Shown here: piece after piece, positions 17,991-26,457 of the stretch | Position numbering within the stretch: position 1 is the first letter of the stretch | How the letters are laid out: each line of letters opens with the position of its first letter | Assembly (NCBI GenBank): GCA_964369675.1 | Contig: CAYJHE010000001.1 | Coordinates: 1 to 54,958, forward strand | Length of the DNA: 54,958 nt | Direction: 5' to 3' | Source: an uncultured Desulfovibrionaceae bacterium | GTDB taxonomy: Bacteria; Desulfobacterota; Desulfovibrionia; Desulfovibrionales; Desulfovibrionaceae | Position numbers and translations under genes: made by a program | Notes under the pieces: model-generated | Seen by the model: only the letters and a program-made list of their open reading frames with translations | Database searches by the model: none | What the model was told of the DNA's origin: nothing

Positions 17991-19301
17991 TTAATATTTT
18001 GGGTGTTTATACACATGGAAGTCAAATTCTACATCAGAGTGGAATTTTGTAAGTCTCCAATCACATGCTCTTGCGTGCCCTTCCATACCTTCAACCCTAG
18101 ATAGGCGTGAAGCTGCACCACCAACAGTCACATTTGCTTCTTCATTTAACTGTTGATATGTATAAATTTTGAGGAATTTTTGTGCATTTAATCCGCCGCT
18201 ATTGTAGCCAGCTTTCTTTGTAGGTAAAATATGGTTTGGACCTGCACACTTATCTCCATGAGGCACTGTTGAGCCTTCACCAATAAACATAGAACCATAA
18301 GAAGAACAATTTTCTTTCCACCATTCATTGTTTTTGGTCATGATTTGTATATGTTCTGATGCGTATTCATCAGAAACTCTGAGCATTTCTTCATCATTTT
18401 CAAATAAAAGAATTTCGCCATAATCCTTCCATGCTGTTGCAGGAACTTCTGGATTTGGCATATCAGCACAGAGTTTTGGCACAAGGGTAGCCACTTCCTC
18501 AGCAAGCTTTTTGCTTGTTGTAAAAAGCCAAACAGGTGAATTATAGCCATGTTCAGCTTGAGAAACTAAATCGATAGCAATAGTCATTGGATCAGCACTT
18601 TCATCTGCAATAATTCCAGATTCTGTTGGGCCTGCAAAAACGTCTATAGCGCATTTCCCGCTACCAGAAAGCACAGCCTTTGCTTCTGCAACAAAAGCAT
18701 TACCAGGACCAACAATAATATTTGCTGGTTTATTTGTGAACAAACCATAAGCCATAGTTGCAATTGCTTGCACTCCGCCCATTTCAAGAATAATGTCTGC
18801 GCCAGCTAAATCCATTGCATAACATGTTGGAGCGTCTATGCTCTCGCCACGCGGTGGAGTTGCAGCAACAATAAATGGAACACCAGCTGCTTTTGCTGTT
18901 GCAACACTCATTAATGCAGAGCAAACATGCGCAAAACGTCCGCCAGGCACATAACAGCCAGCAACATCCATAGGTACGATTTTTTGCCCTAAAACAGCGC
19001 CTTCATCATCTACAACTTCAAAGTCAGTAATACTATCTCTTTGAAGTTTTGCAAATGATGCAATTCTTTTGTGTGCGTATTGTATGTCTTTTTTAATGTG
19101 TTCTGGAACAGAATCTATGAGCTGCTTTTTCTTCTCAGGAGTAAGAATGAATTCTTTATCCCAATTATCAAATTCTTTTGCGAGCTTCACAATTTCAGCT
19201 TCACCATTTTTTTCCACATTTTGAAGAATTTCTAAAACCTTCTCACGCGCTGCACTGCTATTTTCTTCAGCAGATTTTTCAGCTTTTTTAATGAACTGCA
19301 T
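17991..19301 (-). CDS. histidinol-dehydrogenase-family oxidoreductase (HisD/HpsN-like), not in a his context
   Basis: 436 aa from the ATG at 19301 (SD AAGGAG); the track start at 19358 is an upstream TTG. HisD signature segments SQAEHG and GPNHILPT are present. No other his genes are nearby. Confidence 0.8.
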   Translation of the reverse strand: MQFIKKAEKSAEENSSAAREKVLEILQNVEKNGEAEIVKLAKEFDNWDKEFILTPEKKKQLIDSVPEHIKKDIQYAHKRIASFAKLQRDSITDFEVVDDEGAVLGQKIVPMDVAGCYVPGGRFAHVCSALMSVATAKAAGVPFIVAATPPRGESIDAPTCYAMDLAGADIILEMGGVQAIATMAYGLFTNKPANIIVGPGNAFVAEAKAVLSGSGKCAIDVFAGPTESGIIADESADPMTIAIDLVSQAEHGYNSPVWLFTTSKKLAEEVATLVPKLCADMPNPEVPATAWKDYGEILLFENDEEMLRVSDEYASEHIQIMTKNNEWWKENCSSYGSMFIGEGSTVPHGDKCAGPNHILPTKKAGYNSGGLNAQKFLKIYTYQQLNEEANVTVGGAASRLSRVEGMEGHARACDWRLTKFHSDVEFDFHVYKHPKY

Positions 19302-19470
19302 AAATACTCCTTTTAAGGTTTTGCTTTTATTGATAAAAAGAACAACATAAACAAACAAGCAAACTATAACTTTCTAACTGTCGACTGTATTGCTGTCATC
19401 TACATACTAGCCTATTAAATTAATAGATGTCAACTACTATACTTCAATATTTTATTTTTTGTTTATAGTC

Positions 19471-19550
19471 GAAATTTTCTTCTTTTTAAACTTTATTGTT
19501 GAAAATTTGTTCTTTTTAAACTTTACAGTAGAAATTTTTTTCTATATAAT
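19471..19550. repeat. 30-bp tandem direct repeat (about 2.6 copies) in the divergent hisD-like / gntR promoter region
   Basis: GAAATTTTCTTCTTTTTAAACTTTATTGTT / GAAAATTTGTTCTTTTTAAACTTTACAGTA / GAAATTTTTTTCTATATAAT…. Confidence 0.8.
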
Positions 19551-19678
19551 ATAGCAATCCTTTCTAACGCATTCCCACTTAAAAGCTTGTCGCATTACGA
19601 ATAAAACTTGTTGCAAATTATTTTAAACTAAATATAATTTGCACAATTTAACTATATTGATACTTATAGAGGCCAAAA

Positions 19679-20326
19679 ATGATTATTGAAAGAAAACTGT
19701 ACAGTACACAAATTTTAGAAGTTATTAAAAATGACTTACTGACAGGAAACATTATTCCTGGTGAAAAAATAAATGAAGTTCAATTATCTCAAAGGCTTGG
19801 TGTAAGCAGAGCCCCAATACGCGAAGCTCTTTCCTTTCTTGAACGTGATGGGCTTGTTGTTTCACACCCTAAGGGAAAGTCCATAAAAAAACTTAGTCCA
19901 AAAGAAACCTACGATACTTATCTAACAGGTGCTATACTTGAAGCAAAGTCTGTTGCTGAGAGTTGTCATCAACTTACTGAAGAAGATTTTAAAGAACTTC
20001 ATTCTATTATCTCCTCTATAGATGAAAGTATGATTCAAAATAAAGAGCACCATGAACTTGATGAAAAATTTCATCTACTTCTTATGAAGTATGTAGATAA
20101 TCAAGTTCTTGTTGAAACATCAAGGCGTATGGCAAGCCGTGTTTCAAAATTTTTGCTTATAAAATATTGGCAAAAAGTATCCTCTGCTGAAAGTTTTTAT
20201 GACAGACATTTAGAATTGATTTCTGTCTTACAAAGCAAAGATAAAGTAAAAGTAGAAGAAGCAATAATTAATCACTATAAAGTACTTGCTGAAAAAATTG
20301 TTAAGCTTATGCAAGAAGATAATTAG
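19679..20326 (+). CDS. GntR-family transcriptional regulator (FadR/FCD-type C-terminal domain)
   Basis: N-terminal winged HTH …IIPGEKINEVQLSQRLGVSRAPIREALSFLERDGLV… followed by an all-helical C-terminal domain. Confidence 0.85.
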   Translation: MIIERKLYSTQILEVIKNDLLTGNIIPGEKINEVQLSQRLGVSRAPIREALSFLERDGLVVSHPKGKSIKKLSPKETYDTYLTGAILEAKSVAESCHQLTEEDFKELHSIISSIDESMIQNKEHHELDEKFHLLLMKYVDNQVLVETSRRMASRVSKFLLIKYWQKVSSAESFYDRHLELISVLQSKDKVKVEEAIINHYKVLAEKIVKLMQEDN

Positions 20327-20341
20327 AAGTAAAGGAATGTT

Positions 20342-21475
20342 ATGAACATTGCATCGCAAGCCTTGCCTTCGTCTTATCCATTACTTATAAAGCCCGCTTC
20401 AAGTGCCTGTAATCTCAGATGTCAACACTGTTTTTATACTGAAAAGAAACTTTATGACATTCCAATGGGGCGTATGAGTGCTGAAACTTTAGAAAAATTG
20501 ATTACCGAATACGCCAAACTCCCATTACATAGTTATAATTTTATATGGCAGGGCGGTGAGCCAACACTTATGGGGCTTGATTTTTATAAACTTGCTATTA
20601 AGCTACAAAAAACACATTTACCTTCGCACGCTCCTGTTGAAAACTATCTACAAACAAATGCAAGCTTGATTGACGATGAATTTGCTGCATTTCTTAGCCA
20701 AGAAGATTTTTTAGTGGGTATAAGTATTGATGGGCAAGAAGATTTTCATAATCATTACAGAGTTTTTGCTGATGGAACTGGCTCATTCACAAGAGTAATG
20801 CAAAGCTATGAGCTTTTGAAAAAACATAAGGTAAAAACAAATGTTCTTACTCTTATAAGTTCCTATAATGTTGAACATATTGCAGAAATCTATTCATGGC
20901 TGAAGAGCGAAGATGTGATGTTTCAACAATATATTCCATGCGTTGAATTTAATGATGAAAATAAGCCTGAAAAATACAGTGTAACTCCAAAAGCATTTGG
21001 AAATGCGCTTTGTAGGCTTTTTGATGCATGGATAAAAGACAGATGTGTGGTGAATATCCGTTATTTTGAAGCCTTACTTCAAAGAATTATCCTAAACACG
21101 CCAGGCATGTGTCAATTTGGAAAGTCTTGCAAGCAATACGCTGTTGTTGAGCATAATGGCGACATTTATCCTTGCGACTTCTTTGTGGAAGAAAGATTAA
21201 TACTTGGAAATATTAAAGAACACACATTTGAAGAAATGATAAAAAGTAAAAAGTATGAAAAATTTAATAACGAGAAGACAAATTATTCTTTGAAATGTAA
21301 GCAATGCCAGTATCTTACTTTCTGTTTTGGAGATTGTCAAAAACATAGAATAAAGACAAAAAAGTCAAAATTACCGCATAGTTGGCTTTGTGAAGCATAT
21401 CAAATATTTTTTGCTTATGCATTACCAGAACTACAAAAAATTAGTGCGCCCTTACTTAGACATAAATTAAAATAA
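20342..21475 (+). CDS. anaerobic sulfatase-maturating enzyme (radical SAM / SPASM, anSME)
   Basis: CNLRCQHC (Cx3Cx2C) near the N-terminus and C-terminal SPASM Cys clusters (…CPCDFF…, CKQCQYLTFCFGDC). It lies adjacent to a Cys-type sulfatase gene. Confidence 0.85.
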   Translation: MNIASQALPSSYPLLIKPASSACNLRCQHCFYTEKKLYDIPMGRMSAETLEKLITEYAKLPLHSYNFIWQGGEPTLMGLDFYKLAIKLQKTHLPSHAPVENYLQTNASLIDDEFAAFLSQEDFLVGISIDGQEDFHNHYRVFADGTGSFTRVMQSYELLKKHKVKTNVLTLISSYNVEHIAEIYSWLKSEDVMFQQYIPCVEFNDENKPEKYSVTPKAFGNALCRLFDAWIKDRCVVNIRYFEALLQRIILNTPGMCQFGKSCKQYAVVEHNGDIYPCDFFVEERLILGNIKEHTFEEMIKSKKYEKFNNEKTNYSLKCKQCQYLTFCFGDCQKHRIKTKKSKLPHSWLCEAYQIFFAYALPELQKISAPLLRHKLK

Positions 21476-21581
21476 AAAGGCATTGCTTGTAATTTATCTT
21501 GCTTTTCGCAATGAGTTGAATATGCATTATCATACTACTCATTACGAAAAGCAAGGGGGAGAGGTGGCAAGCAATGCCTTT
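21476..21581. repeat. ~105-nt nested palindromic element / compound terminator between convergent genes
   Basis: Outer arms AAAGGCATTGCTTG (21476-21489) / CAAGCAATGCCTTT (21568-21581). Inner 19-bp arms at 21498-21516 / 21537-21555 have 1 mismatch. Confidence 0.75.
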
Positions 21582-21676
21582 TTATGCTTAGATGCACAGG
21601 CTGAACTTATGCATCTTTACAACTATCATTATTCACTTATTTCTAATTTGAAGAGATTGAGTGTGAATAAAAGAAT

Positions 21677-23167
21677 TTAGCCGAGTTTTTCAAGTTGTTT
21701 TAGGTTTCTTATAGCAAAGTAGATACTTAGAACAGTTAATATCCAGAATATAACTGTAATAGGACTTGAAACAAATATTTGGAATGAACCATTTGAGGTC
21801 AGAAGAGATTGTCTAAAGCTGTCTTCAACCATAGGTCCAAGAATAAATGCTATAACAAATGGAGCAGGTGGGACTTTAAGAATTTGCATAACAAATCCAA
21901 TAGCACCCATAATAAGCATCACATAAATATCGAAGTTTGCGTTATTAAGTGCAAAGCAACCAAAAACGCAGAAGGCAAGCACGATAGCAAATAATAAGTT
22001 TCTTGGGATAGAGTTAATCTTACTAAAAGCGCGTATAGCAACCTTACCAACAACAAACATACAAGGTGAGCTAAGCAAAATACCTATAAAAAGACTGTAT
22101 ACAATAACAGGATTTTCGGTAAAAAGAAGAGGTCCAGGTTTTATATCATGCACCATAAAAGCACCAAGCATGATAGCTGTAACAACGTCACCAGGCACAC
22201 CAAGAGAAAGAAGAGGCACTAATGTTGAACCAGCAACGCCATTGTTTCCTGCTTCCGCAGCAGCAACACCTTCAAGCGAGCCCTTACCATAGAGTTCTGG
22301 GTGTTTTGATGTTCTTCTTGCTTCTGTGTAGGAAAGAAAAGCAGAAGGAGTTGAACCAAGTCCTGGTATAGCACCTAGGATAACACCAATAAAACTGCCT
22401 CGAATGATAACACTTTTTGCTGCCCAAAATTCTTTGAAAGTAAGCGGAGCGCCTTGGCTCTCTGTTTGACTTGCCCTTTCTAGTTGTGGATCAGCTGGAC
22501 GTATGCTATTATTGAGGATTTCAGGCAAAGCAAATATTCCGATTAAAAGAGGAATAAATTCAATACCACTAAATAAGTTTGTCATTCCCATTGTCATACG
22601 CGGAAAACCATAGAGTAAGTCAAGACCTATAGTAGCACCAAATAAGCCAAGAGAAGCAGATATAACGCCATTTATTACATTTGTCCCAGACACACTTGCA
22701 ATAATTGTGAGTGAGAAAACTGCAAGAGTGAAGTATTCAGGTGGGCCAAAATCAAGCGCAAAAGAGGCTAGCCAACCAGCAAATAAAATCAAGGCTAAGT
22801 TTGAAATAACATCAGCTGTGATAGATGAGTACAAAGACATATCCAGAGCTTTACGAGAATTTCCTTGCTGGCTAAGTGGAAAACCATCTAAAATAGTACA
22901 TGCAGCTGCTGCAGTACCAGGTGTTTTAATTGTGATAGCTGTGATTGAGCCACCATAAGTGCCGCCTTTATAGATACCAAGTAATAAGAGAAGGCCAGTT
23001 ACTGGTTCTATATTAAAGGTGAAAGGCAAGGCAAGGGCAACAGCCATAACAACAGTCATGCCAGGAATTGCACCTATAGCAACACCAATAACAACACCTA
23101 AGAAAATAGCGAGAAAGTTAATTATGGTAAATGTAGCCGCAATACTTTGCAATAATATATCAAACAT
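21677..23167 (-). CDS. tctA: TTT large permease TctA (second copy)
   Basis: 496-aa polytopic protein, collinear with the first TctA (GAIPGMT… and GAIPGLGS motifs). Confidence 0.85.
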   Translation of the reverse strand: MFDILLQSIAATFTIINFLAIFLGVVIGVAIGAIPGMTVVMAVALALPFTFNIEPVTGLLLLLGIYKGGTYGGSITAITIKTPGTAAAACTILDGFPLSQQGNSRKALDMSLYSSITADVISNLALILFAGWLASFALDFGPPEYFTLAVFSLTIIASVSGTNVINGVISASLGLFGATIGLDLLYGFPRMTMGMTNLFSGIEFIPLLIGIFALPEILNNSIRPADPQLERASQTESQGAPLTFKEFWAAKSVIIRGSFIGVILGAIPGLGSTPSAFLSYTEARRTSKHPELYGKGSLEGVAAAEAGNNGVAGSTLVPLLSLGVPGDVVTAIMLGAFMVHDIKPGPLLFTENPVIVYSLFIGILLSSPCMFVVGKVAIRAFSKINSIPRNLLFAIVLAFCVFGCFALNNANFDIYVMLIMGAIGFVMQILKVPPAPFVIAFILGPMVEDSFRQSLLTSNGSFQIFVSSPITVIFWILTVLSIYFAIRNLKQLEKLG

Positions 23168-23170
23168 AGG

Positions 23171-23674
23171 TTACCTCCAATCCACAAAACCCAGTGGGAA
23201 ATAAACATCAGCAACATAAGTAAAGAAAAAGTAGAGTACCCACGGAGTCACGAGCATAACAAGGCTTGCGACAAGGTGAAACTTTTTTTCTGCTAAAAAA
23301 TAAAGGGCAAACATAACAATAGTTGCTACAATTGGAAGTCCTATAAGCTCAATATCAAAGAAGGAAACAAAGATAATCACAGCGCAAGCAAGAGATTTTT
23401 TAAAAATGTCTCTTACTTCTTCTGTGAGAAGTTCGCTTAATTTAAATTCTTGTTTCTTGAGAAGAATAATATGTTTTATTATTATAATAGTGGCTAATAT
23501 GCCAAGTAAGTATAATAATACCGATGGCCAAAATGCTGGAGATAAAAATACACTTTTCAGGTTTTTGGGAATAGAGATTTGATAGGGCACAAGGTAGGTA
23601 AGTCCAAAAATTGAAAAAAGTAAAATAGTTATTCCAAGTATAAGTTGTTTGATTGCTTCAAATATTGTATTCAC
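23171..23674 (-). CDS. tctB: TTT small membrane subunit TctB (second copy)
   Basis: 167-aa protein with about 4 TM segments, ending 4 nt before the tctA start. Called by position and topology. Confidence 0.55.
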   Translation of the reverse strand: MNTIFEAIKQLILGITILLFSIFGLTYLVPYQISIPKNLKSVFLSPAFWPSVLLYLLGILATIIIIKHIILLKKQEFKLSELLTEEVRDIFKKSLACAVIIFVSFFDIELIGLPIVATIVMFALYFLAEKKFHLVASLVMLVTPWVLYFFFTYVADVYFPLGFVDWR

Positions 23675-23750
23675 TTCATCTCTCCTAATTAGTCAAAAGC
23701 ATGTGAAGAAAAGGGGCAAGTGTTAATAAGCAAACACCTGCCCTTAATTA

Positions 23751-25334
23751 CTAGCTGTGACGAGGAACATCAACAGGCGTAGACGGAACAAAAGGCAAAC
23801 GCGTAAGCGCTTTTGTGAGGGCTGTGCTCGCCTGTGATCTAGAGCGTACATATTGTTTTGTAGCGTCCTTTACTACTTGATAATCCCACTCTGGATAGTT
23901 TGCACCAGGTTTTTGGAAGACTTTATTTTGCATAAATATACGTCTTTTTTGGCTAAGTTCGATGGTTTTTTGCAATGTTTCTAAATCCCATATTTCATGT
24001 AAAGCTTTTTGCATTTTTTCTAATTCATCTTTTTTAGATGGATCATTTACAAGATTATTTTGTTCTAGTGGGTCTGCATTCATATCAAAAAGCATTTCAG
24101 GATCGTCACCACAGTGGATAAATTTATATTGGTTACCGCGTATAATACATGCAGGTGCGTACACGCCTTCACCAGTAAACTCAATCGGAACAAGTCTTTG
24201 CTCTAATTCTTCTTTGCCATTGATAACATTTCTTAATGAAGTGCCTCTTAATTCTTCAACATAATCTAATTCTTTGGCTTCATCTACATAGTCAAGCAAG
24301 GTAGGAACAATATCTAGGTTTGAGACTGGATTTTTGATGTTTTGTCCACCTTTTGCGTCAGGAGTTTTTATAATATAAGGAACACGCACAGACCACTCAA
24401 ATGGATTAAACTTATACCACATTCCTCTTTCACCAAGCATATCACCGTGGTCTGCTGTGAAGATTATGATTGTATTTTCGTATTGATCTGTTTCTTTTAA
24501 AGCAGTTATCACACGACCAGCTAAATCATCTATATAGCTTGTCATTGCATAGTATGCGTGACGAGCTTTGCGTACATGGTCTTCTGTTATATAGTGTTCA
24601 TCTTGTCTGATAAGTTGATAATATCTTTTACTCCATGCATCACGCAATTCTGGCTCAATGTATTCAGCGTCTGGCATATTGATTTCTTCTTCTGTATACA
24701 TATCAAGATATTTTTGCTCAACAACATAAGGATTGTGTGGATTTGTAAAACTTGCTGTTAGGAAAAAAGGTTTTTTATCTTGTCTACGCGCAAGATCGTA
24801 AATCTTTTGTACTGCAGTATAGGCAACTTCTTCATCATGGTCTGTTTGCATACAGCGCTTGCAAGCACCAGCTTCAATAACACCACGCACTGTCATAACT
24901 GAAGGAGCAAATGGTTCATCTTGTTGTGCCCAGTCAGCAGTCCAACCATAGTCAGAAGGATAGATATCTGTATTGAGGCGGTCTTCATAACCGTGATTTT
25001 GATCAGCTCCAACAAAGTGCATCTTGCCTGTGAGTGTAGTTGTGTAGCCTAATGAAATAAGATAATGCCCTATTGTTGGTATTTCGCTGGCAAAAGGTGC
25101 GCCATTATCATAGGCACCCACTTCTGAAGAAAGAAGCCCAGTGAGCAAAGAAGCACGCGAAGGAGCACAAACAGGATTATTACAATAAGCATTTTCAAAG
25201 TTTACACCTTCTTTTGCTAATTGTTGTAAATTTGGAGCTTTTACAACAGGGTTGCCATTCATAGGCATTGCCATACCTGTTAGTTGGTCGGCCATAATTA
25301 ATACAATGTTTGGCTGATTTTGTTTTGTAGACAT
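23751..25334 (-). CDS. Cys-type (formylglycine) sulfatase, choline-sulfatase (BetC)-like, cytoplasmic
   Basis: NIVLIMADQL…CAPSRASLLTG is the FGly motif C-x-P-x-R. Also present are GKMH.VG.DQ.HG.E.RL.TDIYP.D.GWT and DHGDMLGERGMWYK. There is no signal peptide or Tat motif. Confidence 0.88.
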   Translation of the reverse strand: MSTKQNQPNIVLIMADQLTGMAMPMNGNPVVKAPNLQQLAKEGVNFENAYCNNPVCAPSRASLLTGLLSSEVGAYDNGAPFASEIPTIGHYLISLGYTTTLTGKMHFVGADQNHGYEDRLNTDIYPSDYGWTADWAQQDEPFAPSVMTVRGVIEAGACKRCMQTDHDEEVAYTAVQKIYDLARRQDKKPFFLTASFTNPHNPYVVEQKYLDMYTEEEINMPDAEYIEPELRDAWSKRYYQLIRQDEHYITEDHVRKARHAYYAMTSYIDDLAGRVITALKETDQYENTIIIFTADHGDMLGERGMWYKFNPFEWSVRVPYIIKTPDAKGGQNIKNPVSNLDIVPTLLDYVDEAKELDYVEELRGTSLRNVINGKEELEQRLVPIEFTGEGVYAPACIIRGNQYKFIHCGDDPEMLFDMNADPLEQNNLVNDPSKKDELEKMQKALHEIWDLETLQKTIELSQKRRIFMQNKVFQKPGANYPEWDYQVVKDATKQYVRSRSQASTALTKALTRLPFVPSTPVDVPRHS

Positions 25335-25417
25335 AAAAATTCCTTTTAATTTTGAAATAGATGAGAAAATTGCGTAAACAAAAAGACTAAAACAAATACG
25401 AATATTTTTTTAAGGTC

Positions 25418-25463
25418 TATTTCTTTCTCTTTGTTTTCTGAATAAAAGCAAAAGAGAAAGAAA
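25418..25463 (-). promoter_or_regulatory. intercistronic stem-loop after the second tctC
   Basis: ATTTCTTTCTCTTTG-(15 nt)-CAAAAGAGAAAGAAAT (one bulged A), between the tctC stop and the sulfatase start. Confidence 0.5.
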
Positions 25464-25491
25464 TTATTTTAATATGTATGTTAACTAATGC

Positions 25492-26457
25492 TTATTGATT
25501 GCCAAGCATACCTTTGAAAAGCTCGTATTGCTCTTCAACAAAAGCTGTAGCTTCTTCTTTAGAATTGATAGCAGGCACAGCTTCAACACTTGCTAAGTCA
25601 GCAAGCCATTCAGGGTCGCTAGCAACTTTTGCAAGAACTTCTGCCCATTTATCTAACACTTCTTTCGGAAGACCTTTAGGACCAGAAAGTGAACCCCAAG
25701 AAGTCATTTGTTCGAGCTGTGGATAACCAAGTTCTTTTACAGTTGGACATTGTGGGATATTTTTAAGTCTTTCAGTTGCTGTTACAGCAAGACAATTTAC
25801 TTGGCCAGCTTGAATTGGGCTCACAACAGGACTTGTGCCTTGCCATAAGAAACCAATGTGATTACCAATAACAGAAGTTGTTGCAACACCAGCGGCTTCA
25901 AAAGGAACAAGTCTGATTCTTTCGCTTGGCGCGTCAAATAAATCTAACATAAGATTAGCAGCTATATCATTAATTGTTGATGGTGCAGCTGTACCAAAAA
26001 CGATTTCTTTTTTACCAGTTTTAATTTCTTTTTCAAGTTCCTTGAAAGAATTTATACCACTTTTTGTTCCACCAATAAGTGCAAATGAGTGTTTTTGAAT
26101 GATTGTGATATGGTCAAAGCTATCCCAATTGTAAGGCACTTCTTCATAAAATGCAGGTGAAATAGCAACAGATGGAACCCAACCTAAAAGAAGTGTATAA
26201 CCATCAGGTTTTGCATTTGCAACAAATGCAGCACCTGTTACACCACCAGCACTTCCCATATTTGTGATTGTTATTTTAGGAAAATAAGGAGCCAAGGCTT
26301 TAGCAAGAAAACGCGCAGTTAAGTCTGCTTGTCCACCAGGGGCATAAGGCACGATAAGCTTGATTGGTTTTCTAGGATAATCTGCAAAAGCAGGGCTGGC
26401 AGCAAAAACAAAAGTAAAAAGCGACAGGATGCAAATGAATGATTTTATAAAACGCAT
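25492..26457 (-). CDS. tctC: TTT periplasmic substrate-binding protein TctC (second copy)
   Basis: 321 aa with a signal peptide (…SPAFA/DYP), then YPRKPIKLIVPYAPGGQAD, which is typical of Bug/TctC proteins. Confidence 0.85.
   Translation of the reverse strand: MRFIKSFICILSLFTFVFAASPAFADYPRKPIKLIVPYAPGGQADLTARFLAKALAPYFPKITITNMGSAGGVTGAAFVANAKPDGYTLLLGWVPSVAISPAFYEEVPYNWDSFDHITIIQKHSFALIGGTKSGINSFKELEKEIKTGKKEIVFGTAAPSTINDIAANLMLDLFDAPSERIRLVPFEAAGVATTSVIGNHIGFLWQGTSPVVSPIQAGQVNCLAVTATERLKNIPQCPTVKELGYPQLEQMTSWGSLSGPKGLPKEVLDKWAEVLAKVASDPEWLADLASVEAVPAINSKEEATAFVEEQYELFKGMLGNQ

Noticed and set aside
21483-21680. 65-aa ORF between anSME and tctA.
   Set aside because: It reads straight through the nested palindromic element. 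It has no SD and no recognisable fold.
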